Counted from the whole stretch's first letter, positions 1-9,706 are shown. The stretch is DNA of 63,942 bases, filler included, from a bacterium (GCA_037439705.1; 3 parts of 3 records of this genome joined end to end with filler, not necessarily neighbours in it), one strand, 5' to 3'. The notes: generated by a model from the sequence alone, not told the origin. Numbers and translations: made by a program.

Positions 1-2
1 TA

Positions 3-1193
3 GACCTCCTCGTTCAATCAGGAATTCTTTCTGCCTCCCATACTGTCTCTCTGATAGATGCAATGGCAGAAAAACTTTCTCATAAAGAGGTTTTAGAGAG
101 AATTGAAGATATTCGCCCGGATGTAATTTTTTCTCTTGTTGGTAGCCTCTCTTATGAGAATGACATCAATTTTTTGAGGGAATGTAAAGGTATTGGAAAT
201 CCTCTAATAGTCAGTTCAGGCGATATCCTTCTTGAAGAAGAACCTCCTCAATGGGTGGATGCTGTTCTTACGAATTTTGTGAGCGATGAACTTCTTCTTT
301 TTATTGAAGGTAAAAAAGAGGGTTTTAAATTTTTAAAGGTGAGGGGAGAAAATGGATATGGAGAGAGAAATTTTAGATTTGATAAGAAGGAATTTTCCTA
401 TCCCGTTCCGCTTCATAAAATTTTCATGAAAATGGGGTATCGCCTTCCATTTATTCCTTTTCCTTTTGCTTCTGTCTTAACCTCATTTGGGTGTCCATTT
501 CAATGTTTTTACTGCAACAGCGGAAATATTGGATTTTCTCTGAGAGAAATTGAAAATATAAAGGAGGAGATAGAATTCATTGCATCTATGGGAATAAAGC
601 ACATTTTTATTAAAGATATGACATTTCTTTCTGTTAAAGAACATTCTCTTGAGGTAATGAGCTTCTTAAAAAGACATGGTATTACATATAATTGTTACAC
701 AAAAGCCGAACTTCTAAACGAAAATTTGCTTTATGAATTAAAAAGCACAGGATGCTCAATGATTCAGATAGGAGTTGAAAGCATAAATGAAGAGGCACTC
801 AAAAAACTTGGAAGGAAGGCAGACATTAGATGGACGAGTGAGGTATTCAAAATTGCTAAAAGTCTGGGAATACGAACTGGTGCCCATTTCATTTTTGGTC
901 TCCCGTATCACAATTATGAGGACATCGACAAGACGATAAAGTTTGCCTGTGAATTGAAACCCGATTATGCCTCTTTTAACATATTTATTCCAAGGCCTGC
1001 TTCCATTCTGTGGAAAGAAAACTTTGGAAATTTAATCTCTGAAGAAAAAAGATGGCTTAAAAAAGCCTATTTGTCATTTTTATTGAGAGGGTGGAGGATA
1101 GAGAACATCCCCAAAAATTTTAGATTGATGGCAGAATTTCTAAGAGAGGGGGGTATTCTTTACAAAAACCTTTTCAGAAGGAAAAATGGCTGA
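3..1193 (+). CDS. Cobalamin-binding radical SAM protein (5' truncated at window edge)
   Basis: Frame is open from position 3 (DLLVQSGILSASHTVSLIDAMAEK), upstream of the ATG at 63. CxxxCxxC motif TSFGCPFQCFYC; GVES and HFIFGLP motifs. Confidence 0.85.
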   Translation, partial: DLLVQSGILSASHTVSLIDAMAEKLSHKEVLERIEDIRPDVIFSLVGSLSYENDINFLRECKGIGNPLIVSSGDILLEEEPPQWVDAVLTNFVSDELLLFIEGKKEGFKFLKVRGENGYGERNFRFDKKEFSYPVPLHKIFMKMGYRLPFIPFPFASVLTSFGCPFQCFYCNSGNIGFSLREIENIKEEIEFIASMGIKHIFIKDMTFLSVKEHSLEVMSFLKRHGITYNCYTKAELLNENLLYELKSTGCSMIQIGVESINEEALKKLGRKADIRWTSEVFKIAKSLGIRTGAHFIFGLPYHNYEDIDKTIKFACELKPDYASFNIFIPRPASILWKENFGNLISEEKRWLKKAYLSFLLRGWRIENIPKNFRLMAEFLREGGILYKNLFRRKNG

Positions 1194-2718
1194 AGTTATA
1201 CTTTTAATGCCTGAAACAGGTCTTTGGGAAAGGGTGAGAAATCCTTTCCCACCTCTCGGGCTACTTTATGCCTCCTCTTTTGTAGCAAAGGAGTTTGAGA
1301 CTATCTTAATAGATATGAGGTTGAACGGAAAATGGAGGGATGAAATTTTGAAACACATTGATTCCTCTACTATATGTGTTGCTGCTCCTCTATGGACTGG
1401 TCATATGATAAAAAGTGTCCTTGACGCCTTCTTATTTGTTAAGAAGGAAAAATGTATCAAGACTGTGGTTGGTGGACCTCACGCTTCACTTATGCCATTT
1501 GAAACCGTTTCCCATCCCTATGTTGATTTTGTTGTTCAGGGGGAGGGGGAGATTGCATTCCTTGAACTATTGATGGCTTTAAAAGAAAGAAGGGATTTTA
1601 AATGGATAGAAGGATTGTGGTGGAAAGGAGGGGGAAATCCTTCAAAAAGATTTCTTGACCTTTCAACCCTTCCAGAGGTTCCTTATCATTTGATTGATGT
1701 TAAAAATTATATGGGATTTATGGGTAGAAGAAAAAGTTTTCCCCTTGAAGCCTCTCGTGGATGTCCTTTTTCATGCAGGTTCTGTTATCAGAAAACTTAT
1801 AGTAGGAGCATGTGGAGACCATATCCTATAGATATGGTTTTCAATAGGGCAAAGACTCTTGTGGAGAGATACGGAGTGGAAGACATATATTTTATAGATG
1901 ATGAATTTTTTGTTGACAGAGAAAGGGTTTTGAATCTTGGAAGGAGATTAAAGACTCTCAATATTACATGGCAGGTGCAGGGAGGAAGCATTTCTACATT
2001 AAAAAGGATGAGTGCAAAAAATTTTGAAGAGATGAGAGAGTGCGGATGTGTCAGAATCACTATAGGGATTGAAAGTGGCTCTGAAAGGACTCTCGGCATA
2101 TTGGGAAAAAAATTTTCTTCTGAAGAAGCTTATGAGTGTATAAAAAGGATTGTAGGTGCTGGAATTTCAGTTTACATTTCTATGATGGGAGGCGTGCCAG
2201 GAGAAGAAGTTAAAGACATTTATGAAACAATAGATTTTATTTTAAAAATTTTGAAAATCTCTAAAAGGGTTTATGTTTCACCCATTTACTCATATACCCC
2301 GTTTCCCGGAACTGAAATCTATGAGAAATTAAAAGAAGAATTTTCTTTTCCTAAAGATCTGAATGAATGGGGAAATTACTCGTATGAGGATAACCCTTAT
2401 ATAAAAAATAAAAAGTTCAACAGTTTGCTCAAAAGGCTATATTTCCTCACCCTCTTGTGTGATGAGAAAATGAATTTTTATTCCAATTCATCTATTTTAA
2501 AAATTCTAGCAAAAATTTATAAACCGATATCCCTTTTCAGATTGAGGCACAGATTTTTTTCTTTTATGATAGAATTTCTCATCTGGAAATGGCTTTTCTT
2601 AAGGAGATACAACCCTTGCAAGAACCAACAAATATTTTTCATCAGAAGGGAACTTTTTAAGAACCTCAATTTTCAATCCGATTTCATCTGCAACCTTTAC
2701 AGCATCTTCAAAGCTTAA
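1186..2718 (+). CDS. Cobalamin-binding radical SAM protein
   Basis: PPLGLLY, VGGPHAS and GEGE B12-domain motifs; SRGCPFSCRFC; GIESGS. The last ~39 codons overlap the convergent gene and may be a frameshift extension. Confidence 0.9.
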   Translation: MAEVILLMPETGLWERVRNPFPPLGLLYASSFVAKEFETILIDMRLNGKWRDEILKHIDSSTICVAAPLWTGHMIKSVLDAFLFVKKEKCIKTVVGGPHASLMPFETVSHPYVDFVVQGEGEIAFLELLMALKERRDFKWIEGLWWKGGGNPSKRFLDLSTLPEVPYHLIDVKNYMGFMGRRKSFPLEASRGCPFSCRFCYQKTYSRSMWRPYPIDMVFNRAKTLVERYGVEDIYFIDDEFFVDRERVLNLGRRLKTLNITWQVQGGSISTLKRMSAKNFEEMRECGCVRITIGIESGSERTLGILGKKFSSEEAYECIKRIVGAGISVYISMMGGVPGEEVKDIYETIDFILKILKISKRVYVSPIYSYTPFPGTEIYEKLKEEFSFPKDLNEWGNYSYEDNPYIKNKKFNSLLKRLYFLTLLCDEKMNFYSNSSILKILAKIYKPISLFRLRHRFFSFMIEFLIWKWLFLRRYNPCKNQQIFFIRRELFKNLNFQSDFICNLYSIFKA

Positions 2719-4212
2719 ACCTTTTTTATACCATCCTTTTTTGCTTCCGAAAAGAACTATTTGATTTCTTAAAGCAAGAAGAGCGGTATAAATTGCATTC
2801 CTATTTGGGTATTTTTCTATGAAATATGTCCAATCAACAGCTTCTACCATTCCATTGGAGATAAGTTTATAGCCATGAGGTCCCGCTAAGTCATTAATTC
2901 TTTTTATGTCATTTTCTATTAAATAATCCGCTACTTTTCTATGAAGGGATAGAGAATCGGATGATTCATTTACATATTTTCTCCATACTTCAAGCTGGAT
3001 ATAATTGTAAAAAATAGCAAAAATAAGAATGATTTTTACAGCCCTGTCAGATGAAAAAATTTTTATCCTTTTTAATGCATAAGGGATATAGGGAATAAAA
3101 AATAGAAGGATGTAATTTATGTGATGAGGGAAGGGAGAGTAAAATAAAAGGAACTGGATAAATAACAGAGATAAGAGAGATGTGATAAAAAGAAGTTTTT
3201 CAAATTTTCCCCTTTTTCTTTCAAAAAACAATCCCAGAAGACCGAATAACAAAATTATACCTGATGGGAGGGAAAATGGCAGAAACTGGATTCCGAGAGA
3301 TGGTCGCACATAAGAGAGTGGTGCGAATACCCCCATAATAATGCGAATAAAATTTAGGAATAAAAAAAGAGATGCCTTGGGATGGATGCTTTTGAAAAGA
3401 AAATTTATCATTCCTGTAAACGGGCTGATTATGTATGGAAAAATGAGAAGAAGAAATAGGAATCCGCTAAAAATAAGGGGAATTACCTTTATCTTGAGCG
3501 AAATTTTCCTTTCTGTAAGAAGAAATGCAATTATCACTGAAAAAAGAAATATCCCTCCTATTATAAGATGAAAGTGAAGAAAAAGTCCCGAAAATGCTAA
3601 AAGATAAAATGCATCAATTGAGTTTAATGTTCTTTCTTCCAAAATTTTTTTCAGCTTCATAAGAAAGATAATTTCCATTATGAATAATACAACCTGGTTG
3701 TAAAAAGGGGGGAGAGCAAATGGTGCCCCAAAAATGGGAAATGTAATGAGGTAGATGGTAAGGAGTTCTTTATTTTTTTCAATAAATTTTTCAATAAATT
3801 TCATATAGACTAACAAAAAGAGAAGAAATGTAAAAAGAAAATATGCTCTTTCTGAATATATGTTTTTTCCAAAGATAGAAAGCCATGTTCTGCCAAGATA
3901 TATATTGACAATAAGAGCTGAATATGGAACAGCAGAAATGATGTATTCTTTTTTGTCTATTTTCAGTATACCTGCAGGGTAGGGCATTTCATAAGATGTA
4001 TTGATTAAAAAGGAAAGGCGACCAATTCTGATCTCTTTAAACGAGGAGAACAAAGGGATGATCTCATTTCCATTCCTTTTTACATCAATAACTCTTAATG
4101 GATCATTGGATTCAGCAAATCTTTCTTCATGGAGAATAGTTATAACAAAAAGAAATCTCCATGTTAAAATTATACCGCTAATAAGCAAAAGAAGTAATTT
4201 CCTTTTCCCCAT
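2599..4212 (-). CDS. Polytopic membrane protein, possibly GT-C-fold glycosyltransferase-like
   Basis: 537 aa with about 10-12 hydrophobic segments, an N-terminal extracytoplasmic loop and a C-terminal soluble domain. Family assignment is by architecture only. Confidence 0.6.
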   Translation of the reverse strand: MGKRKLLLLLISGIILTWRFLFVITILHEERFAESNDPLRVIDVKRNGNEIIPLFSSFKEIRIGRLSFLINTSYEMPYPAGILKIDKKEYIISAVPYSALIVNIYLGRTWLSIFGKNIYSERAYFLFTFLLFLLVYMKFIEKFIEKNKELLTIYLITFPIFGAPFALPPFYNQVVLFIMEIIFLMKLKKILEERTLNSIDAFYLLAFSGLFLHFHLIIGGIFLFSVIIAFLLTERKISLKIKVIPLIFSGFLFLLLIFPYIISPFTGMINFLFKSIHPKASLFLFLNFIRIIMGVFAPLSYVRPSLGIQFLPFSLPSGIILLFGLLGLFFERKRGKFEKLLFITSLLSLLFIQFLLFYSPFPHHINYILLFFIPYIPYALKRIKIFSSDRAVKIILIFAIFYNYIQLEVWRKYVNESSDSLSLHRKVADYLIENDIKRINDLAGPHGYKLISNGMVEAVDWTYFIEKYPNRNAIYTALLALRNQIVLFGSKKGWYKKGLSFEDAVKVADEIGLKIEVLKKFPSDEKYLLVLARVVSP

Positions 4213-4262
4213 AATTTATCGCCTTAAAGTCTTTTATAATAAAAGTGGACTTTTTTCAATCC

Positions 4263-4292
4263 TTGCTTTTATGGACCTTATTATGATATAAT
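4263..4292 (+). promoter_or_regulatory. Sigma70-type promoter, probably leaderless transcript
   Basis: TTGCTT-N18-TATAAT with an extended TGn. The -10 ends 6 nt before the ATG at 4299; no SD. Confidence 0.65.
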
Positions 4293-4298
4293 TCAAAA

Positions 4299-5768
4299 AT
4301 GAAAGTCCTTTTTGTATTCAGAGGGGGTGAATGGTTAGGAATTGAGTATCTTTCATCATTTTTGAAATCAAAGGGGCATGAAGTAGACCTCCTCTATCAT
4401 CCTGGTTCAGGAGAGGTTGAAAGGAGGATAAACCTTATAGAGAAACTCCATAACCTCATAGGAATTGAAGAATTCATGCTGAAAAGGGCAGAAAAATTTG
4501 AACCAGACCTCATAGCCTTTTCATCTCCAACAAATCTATTTCCATGGGTAAAGAAGATGGCTAAAAAATTAAAGGAATCTTTAAAAGTCCCTGTAATAGT
4601 TGGAGGTCCGCACGCCATATCCGTTCCTGAATATGTTCTCATGCAGGACGGAATAGATATGGTTTGCACAGGAGAGGGTGAAGAGGCTCTCCTTGAGCTT
4701 CTGAATTCCATGGAAAAGGGAGAAAAAAGGACTGACATAAAAAATATATGGTTTAAGGTGGATGGAAAAATTATAAGAAATCCCGTTCGTCCATTGATGG
4801 AAGACCTTGATTCACTACCATTTCCCGATAAGGAGATTTTTGAGAAGTATGGAGCGATAAAAGAAAGATTATACATAATGACCGCAAGGGGATGCCCGTA
4901 TCTGTGCTCTTACTGTTATACAACAATATGGCGGAAGGTTTACAGAAACGGTGGTCCATTTTACAGAAGAAGGAGTGTTGAAAATGTCATTGAAGAGATT
5001 GAGTATCACCTGAAAAGGAGAAATTACAAGGAAATTGCTTTTTACGATGACATATTCACATTAAATAAGGCATGGCTTGAGAAGTTTGCCAAAATATATC
5101 CATCTGAGATAGGAATAAAATTTAAGGCACTCGTTCACCCTGAAATGGTTGATGATGAGGTAGTTTCTTTGCTGAAAAAGGCAGGATGCTATTATGTTGA
5201 TATAGGAATTGAGGCAGGAAGCGAAAGAATAAGAAAAGAGGTTCTAAATAGAAAAATTTCTGATGAGAGTATAATAAAATCCTGCGAAGCATTCAAAATG
5301 GCTGGAATAAGGGTCTGCACGCTCAACATATTTGGTATTCCCGGGGAAACCATTGAGGATATGAAAAAAACAGTTGAAATGAATTTCAGAATAAAGCCGG
5401 ATGGAGCGATAACAAGCATAATGTATCCATTTCCGGAGACTGAGATATACAGGGACTGTCTGAATAAGGGATTCATCGGAGAGGAAGAAAAAAGAATGGT
5501 TTTTGAGGGATATGGCTCGTATAAAGAACCATCCCTAATAAACTCAGGTATCCCCCCATCAATTGCTTACAAGTTTATGAGACTTCTTCCATTCGCTGTA
5601 AAACTTCCTTCTCCTTTGGGAAAGTTCGTTTTGAAACTTCCTCTTCCAAAATTTATAGATATATTCTTTCTGCCCTTTATCTCAATAAGAAGAAACTTCA
5701 TAATAAGGTTTAAGGAATTATTTTCATCTATCCTGACCTCGTGGAAGAGATACCTTCTGGAAAGGTAA
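4299..5768 (+). CDS. Cobalamin-binding radical SAM protein
   Basis: LGIEYLSSFLK, VGGPHA, GEGEE; ARGCPYLCSYC; GIEAGSE. Confidence 0.92.
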   Translation: MKVLFVFRGGEWLGIEYLSSFLKSKGHEVDLLYHPGSGEVERRINLIEKLHNLIGIEEFMLKRAEKFEPDLIAFSSPTNLFPWVKKMAKKLKESLKVPVIVGGPHAISVPEYVLMQDGIDMVCTGEGEEALLELLNSMEKGEKRTDIKNIWFKVDGKIIRNPVRPLMEDLDSLPFPDKEIFEKYGAIKERLYIMTARGCPYLCSYCYTTIWRKVYRNGGPFYRRRSVENVIEEIEYHLKRRNYKEIAFYDDIFTLNKAWLEKFAKIYPSEIGIKFKALVHPEMVDDEVVSLLKKAGCYYVDIGIEAGSERIRKEVLNRKISDESIIKSCEAFKMAGIRVCTLNIFGIPGETIEDMKKTVEMNFRIKPDGAITSIMYPFPETEIYRDCLNKGFIGEEEKRMVFEGYGSYKEPSLINSGIPPSIAYKFMRLLPFAVKLPSPLGKFVLKLPLPKFIDIFFLPFISIRRNFIIRFKELFSSILTSWKRYLLER

Positions 5769-5804
5769 ATTACTTAAGAACTATTTCTGAACCGAAGGAT
5801 TTTT

Positions 5805-6263
5805 CTATTTTCCAAGATGTGATAATATAGCCCATATAGCAGTTATGTTAAGGGTTGAGAATGCAAGCATTATTCCTATGAACCATAAGATGAGGCTCCT
5901 TTTGTCCCTTTCCATCCTTTCAATGAGTTCGGTTCTAAGAGAAACTATCTTCTCTATGAATTCAGTTCTAAGAGAAACTATCTTTTCTATCATTTCGCCT
6001 TTGTCCTTCACCATCCTTTCAATGAGTTCGCCTTTGTCCCTTTCCATCCTTTCAATAAGTTCTGTTTTGAAAAAGGCTATCTTTTCTATCAACTCCGTTT
6101 TGTCCCTTTCTGTTTTCTCGTAAAGGGCATCAATTCTTGATTCCAATCTGCTGAACCTATTTTCTAACTCATCCATCCTCGCTTCTAATCTATCAAGTCT
6201 CGCTTCTATCCTCGGAAGCCTTTCCTCTAAATCTTCAATGCCTATTCCCATTTCTTTTCCCAT
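5805..6263 (-). CDS. DUF1640/CCDC90-like coiled-coil protein with C-terminal membrane anchor
   Basis: Heptad then 11-residue coiled-coil repeats, then a hydrophobic tail LILWFIGIMLAFSTLNITAIWAIL. Has its own promoter. Confidence 0.75.
   Translation of the reverse strand: MGKEMGIGIEDLEERLPRIEARLDRLEARMDELENRFSRLESRIDALYEKTERDKTELIEKIAFFKTELIERMERDKGELIERMVKDKGEMIEKIVSLRTEFIEKIVSLRTELIERMERDKRSLILWFIGIMLAFSTLNITAIWAILSHLGK
5889..6119 (-). repeat. Seven in-frame 33-bp (11-aa) imperfect tandem repeats of two types
   Basis: Units EKTERDKTELI, EKIAFFKTELI, ERMERDKGELI, ERMVKDKGEMI, EKIVSLRTEFI, EKIVSLRTELI, ERMERDKRSLI. Recurring DNA such as tttgtccctttccatcctttcaat and gttctaagagaaactatctt. Confidence 0.9.
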
Positions 6264-6271
6264 TTGAAATC

Positions 6272-6299
6272 ATTATAACCCAAAATTTTCAGAAGTCAA
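6272..6299 (-). promoter_or_regulatory. Sigma70-type promoter, probably leaderless transcript
   Basis: Minus strand TTGACT-N16-TATAAT, ending 8 nt before the ATG at 6263. Confidence 0.65.
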
Positions 6300-6352
6300 G
6301 TGTTCGATTAAATTTCAACCTTGATAAAATTTAACGATAAAAATTTGGTTTA

Positions 6353-6994
6353 TTATTTTTCTATTTCCTTTTTTATCAGGGTTTTTACGGACTCGGGGAT
6401 TTCCGGGAGGGAGAGGAGTGTTTCAAAAATTCTTATAGCGAATTCTTTTTTGCCTGTTTTGAAGGCGGAGATTCCTAAAAGTAGGAGAATATCCGGGTCA
6501 TCGGTATTTTTGAATTTTATGAGGAGGTTATAAGCTTCTTTTGTCCGTTCTACTTTGATGTATAAGCTGGCAAGGAAGATGAGTGTATTTTTTTCCTGTT
6601 TTAGATTGAAGCAGTATTCTGCCCATCTGATAGCGTCGTTCAGATTTTCCATACCTTCTAAGGAGCGGGATATGGAAAGGCATATTTCTCTGTCGGATGG
6701 ATAGAATTGAAAGGCATGAAGCAAGAGTTTTATTGCTTCTTCATAAAGCCCCTTGTTCAGGTAATAGATTCCGATTTTTACATACGCTTCAGGATATACG
6801 ACCTTTGTTTTTATTGCCTCTTCAAGTTCTTTTAAAGCTAAATCTTCATTTTTTCTTGAGAAATATGTGGCTGCCATAAAGGTGTGCCATCTTGAGTTTG
6901 CCATTTCTTCAACCGATTTTGCGTATTCAAGCCATTTAATGGAGAGTAAAGAGGAGATAATAAGAACGGGTATAATTTTTGTTTTTTCTTTCAT
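6353..6994 (-). CDS. TPR-repeat protein with N-terminal membrane anchor
   Basis: Start placed at 6994 (ATGA overlap with the upstream stop). TPR-like helices such as PEAYVKIGIYYLNKGLYEEAIKLL and ILLLLGISAFKTGKKEFAIRIF. Confidence 0.8.
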   Translation of the reverse strand: MKEKTKIIPVLIISSLLSIKWLEYAKSVEEMANSRWHTFMAATYFSRKNEDLALKELEEAIKTKVVYPEAYVKIGIYYLNKGLYEEAIKLLLHAFQFYPSDREICLSISRSLEGMENLNDAIRWAEYCFNLKQEKNTLIFLASLYIKVERTKEAYNLLIKFKNTDDPDILLLLGISAFKTGKKEFAIRIFETLLSLPEIPESVKTLIKKEIEK

Positions 6995-9273
6995 GAGGTG
7001 GTTTTTATTAAGCCTGAGAGAATGAGTGTGAAACACAAAAAGATACCGGTTCCACTCAGGATTCCACCTGGGAAAATCCACCATGGTTTGAAGACAAATT
7101 TTACGATGTGATTTCCTTCTTCAATGGGGACTGCCCTTATGAGTCCATAGGCTCTCAGAATTTTTTTCTCTTTTCCATCAACATAAGCCTTCCATCCAGG
7201 ATAATATGTATCAGATAGGACGAGGAAGGCACACCATCTTTCAACATGGGCTTTCACAATTACTTCTTCATCTTTATATTCCAGAATTTTTGCATGGCCC
7301 TTTCCGCCCTTGCAGGTTGTTTCTTCTTCAACAAGAACCCCATCAATTGGATTATAGCCGTTTTTAATAAGTTTAGATGCTTCCTTCCAGTCAGAAACCC
7401 TTTTTGAACTTCCAACGAGAAATACTCTTTCAAGGACATTTTTTACCTCAAAAATGGTTATTACCCCTTTCTCTTCCACTTTCTCAAGCATTTCCTGTGG
7501 TATTCGCAGATTTTCGGGATTTGAGGAAACAATTCTTTTAACTCCGAGGAGGCGAGCGACTGGATAAGTAAGGTCTTCAAGGGTGAAGCTTCTTACTGGA
7601 AATCCTTTTATTTCGGGTTTTATTCCCATTATGTAGTAATCCGGTATAAGTCCTTCATAGCCATCTGGAGAGTGGATTTGGAAAATCATATAAAGATCAA
7701 GTATCAGGTCAGAAGATGTTCTGTAGAGGTTGGGCATTTTTTGGGGAAGATATTTCCATTTTAATTCAGGTATTGAAATGCTTTTGTTGAAAGAGAGGAA
7801 GAGAGGCAAGAGTTCTGTCATTGATATAAGGATTAAAGATAGTCCCTTTAAAGAGACGGGCATTTTTACAAGGAAGATGTATATGGTAATAAGGATGGTG
7901 AGGAGGGGTGTGAGGATTCTTATGCTGCTGAAACTTAGCCAGTGAGTGGGGAGGTGTTTTCCGTAAATGATTAAAGCAGATATGGCACTTCCTATTGATA
8001 AAAGGGATGCAATAAAAATTGAAAGCCATATTTTTTCTTTTGATTTAGCACTTAACAAAATTTGGGCTCCTGTGCCCGAAAGGACAGAACTCAAGAAGGC
8101 AATTGCTGGAGGAAGGGCAATTAGAATTGCTAACCTTTTAAAAACCGGGATAATGGAAAGAATATAGTTTACAGGGGTGTGGAGGTAGGAAAGAAGAAAA
8201 ACTGCGTAGAGAATGAGGTAGAACTGTATTTCTCTTTTTCTTATATTCATTGCAGAAAGTGCGAGAAGAAAAAGAGAGAGGATGCCGGTGAATCCCGAGA
8301 CAACATATGGGTCTAAGGGGGGTTCTATTTTTGCAACTATATCCAGAGAACTTCCAAGAAAAATCGGAGAGAAAAAGTTCATTACCATAAGGGCGATTCT
8401 GAAGGTTATTGGGAACCTTTTCCCAAGGACATCAAGGTTTTCTCCTCTTTGTTCAGATGATAAATATGAAAGTTCTATTGTGGGAAGAAGTTGAATTGAT
8501 GAAATGAGAAGTCCTGAAAGAAGTATAAGAAAAAATGTGATGATTATTTTTTTGTATGAATTTTTTGGATTTGTGAAGAGTTTAAAAAGGAAGAGTGAAG
8601 CGAAGATAAGCAAAGAAAAATATGAGGAGGGAGGATACCTTCCGAGAATTATGAGAGAGAGAATAATTCCTCCTGTTCCAATCCATATTTTATTTTTTTC
8701 ATCAACTGCTTTTTCATAGCATAAGAGTAGAAGTGGAAGATAAGCAAGGGTTGAAATATAAAAATCAGAAGAAATGCGGCTTGTCATTGGCAGGCTGAAG
8801 GAGTAAGTGAAGCCTCCGAGTAATGAGGGATAAAAGGAAAGGTTCAATTTTTTGAGATATAGGAACATAAAAAATCCTGCCATAATAAGGTGGATGAATA
8901 CGAGGATATCTCTTGCCCTCCAGGGAGAAAAAAGAAAGTGGAATATTATTCTGAACGGATTCAAAAATCCATTTTGACCATCGGAAAAAATGGGATATCC
9001 GGAGAGGATGTAAGGAGTCCATAGCGGGATGTGGAGATTTTTTATTTCTTTTTGAAGATAATAATCTGTAAGAAAAAAGTAATACATTCCATCCCACCTT
9101 ACAGCATTGGTAGAGAATATCTTTTTTTGTTCTGGAGGGTAAAGGAAGTTCTGGTCTATGATATCAAATGGCACAAATGTTCTGTTCTGAAAGAAGACAG
9201 GCATAAATAATATAAAATTTACACTTCCGTAAAAAAGGATTGCATAAATTGCTTCCCTTTTCATTTCCCTCAT
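6991..9273 (-). CDS. YfhO-family membrane protein (GT-C-like)
   Basis: IPLWTPYILSGYP near the N-terminus, many TM helices, and C-terminal LVLSDTYYPGWKAYVDGK typical of YfhO proteins. Confidence 0.85.
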   Translation of the reverse strand: MREMKREAIYAILFYGSVNFILFMPVFFQNRTFVPFDIIDQNFLYPPEQKKIFSTNAVRWDGMYYFFLTDYYLQKEIKNLHIPLWTPYILSGYPIFSDGQNGFLNPFRIIFHFLFSPWRARDILVFIHLIMAGFFMFLYLKKLNLSFYPSLLGGFTYSFSLPMTSRISSDFYISTLAYLPLLLLCYEKAVDEKNKIWIGTGGIILSLIILGRYPPSSYFSLLIFASLFLFKLFTNPKNSYKKIIITFFLILLSGLLISSIQLLPTIELSYLSSEQRGENLDVLGKRFPITFRIALMVMNFFSPIFLGSSLDIVAKIEPPLDPYVVSGFTGILSLFLLALSAMNIRKREIQFYLILYAVFLLSYLHTPVNYILSIIPVFKRLAILIALPPAIAFLSSVLSGTGAQILLSAKSKEKIWLSIFIASLLSIGSAISALIIYGKHLPTHWLSFSSIRILTPLLTILITIYIFLVKMPVSLKGLSLILISMTELLPLFLSFNKSISIPELKWKYLPQKMPNLYRTSSDLILDLYMIFQIHSPDGYEGLIPDYYIMGIKPEIKGFPVRSFTLEDLTYPVARLLGVKRIVSSNPENLRIPQEMLEKVEEKGVITIFEVKNVLERVFLVGSSKRVSDWKEASKLIKNGYNPIDGVLVEEETTCKGGKGHAKILEYKDEEVIVKAHVERWCAFLVLSDTYYPGWKAYVDGKEKKILRAYGLIRAVPIEEGNHIVKFVFKPWWIFPGGILSGTGIFLCFTLILSGLIKTTS

Positions 9274-9376
9274 TCTACCTCATCTTTTAAGATTCCTTCA
9301 AATGCATATAACTTCTTTTCCGTTTGTATTTTTGAGCGACGCCTGAAATTTGTTAAAATGAAAAAAAGAGGATAAG

Positions 9377-9706
9377 ATGCCTATCTTAAGGGAGAGACTC
9401 GGAGAGGATGGACTCGAGGAGCTTGAGGCAATGATTTTGGAAAGAATAAAATTGCACCGGGTAAGCAGGGATGGGTTCAGGGAAGTTCTTTTAAGGCTTG
9501 AGATAGTTGAGAGGAATGTGAATGATTTGAAGATGGATGTGAAGGAATTGAGGAAGGAAATGAATGATAGGTTTGACAGGATAAATGAAAGGATTGACAC
9601 AATGTATGAGAGAATGACATCTCTTATTAAGTGGACGGTTGGAACGCTTGCCTTATTCGGAACAATTATAAGCATCCTTCTTGCAGTAGGGCAATTCATT
9701 AAATAA
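9377..9706 (+). CDS. DUF1640-like coiled-coil protein with C-terminal membrane anchor
   Basis: LRERLGEDG head, coiled coil (ELRKEMNDRFDRINERID), C-terminal IKWTVGTLALFGTIISILLAV. SD GAGG upstream. Confidence 0.75.
   Translation: MPILRERLGEDGLEELEAMILERIKLHRVSRDGFREVLLRLEIVERNVNDLKMDVKELRKEMNDRFDRINERIDTMYERMTSLIKWTVGTLALFGTIISILLAVGQFIK

Noticed and set aside
3-5768. Assigning the B12-radical SAM genes as GDGT ring synthases/methylases or hopanoid methylases
   Set aside because: The visible motifs are generic to class B radical SAM enzymes, and the genes are on a different contig from the Tes-like gene.
5889-6119. 33-bp periodicity as a CRISPR array
   Set aside because: Units are contiguous, in frame and have no unique spacers; it is a coding coiled-coil repeat.
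6995-7084. Longer N-termini in the ORF track (7084, 18916, 35284, 36170, 47722, 50213, 58773, 59647)
   Set aside because: They overlap neighbouring genes or promoter motifs; downstream starts have an SD, stop/start coupling or family-typical N-termini.
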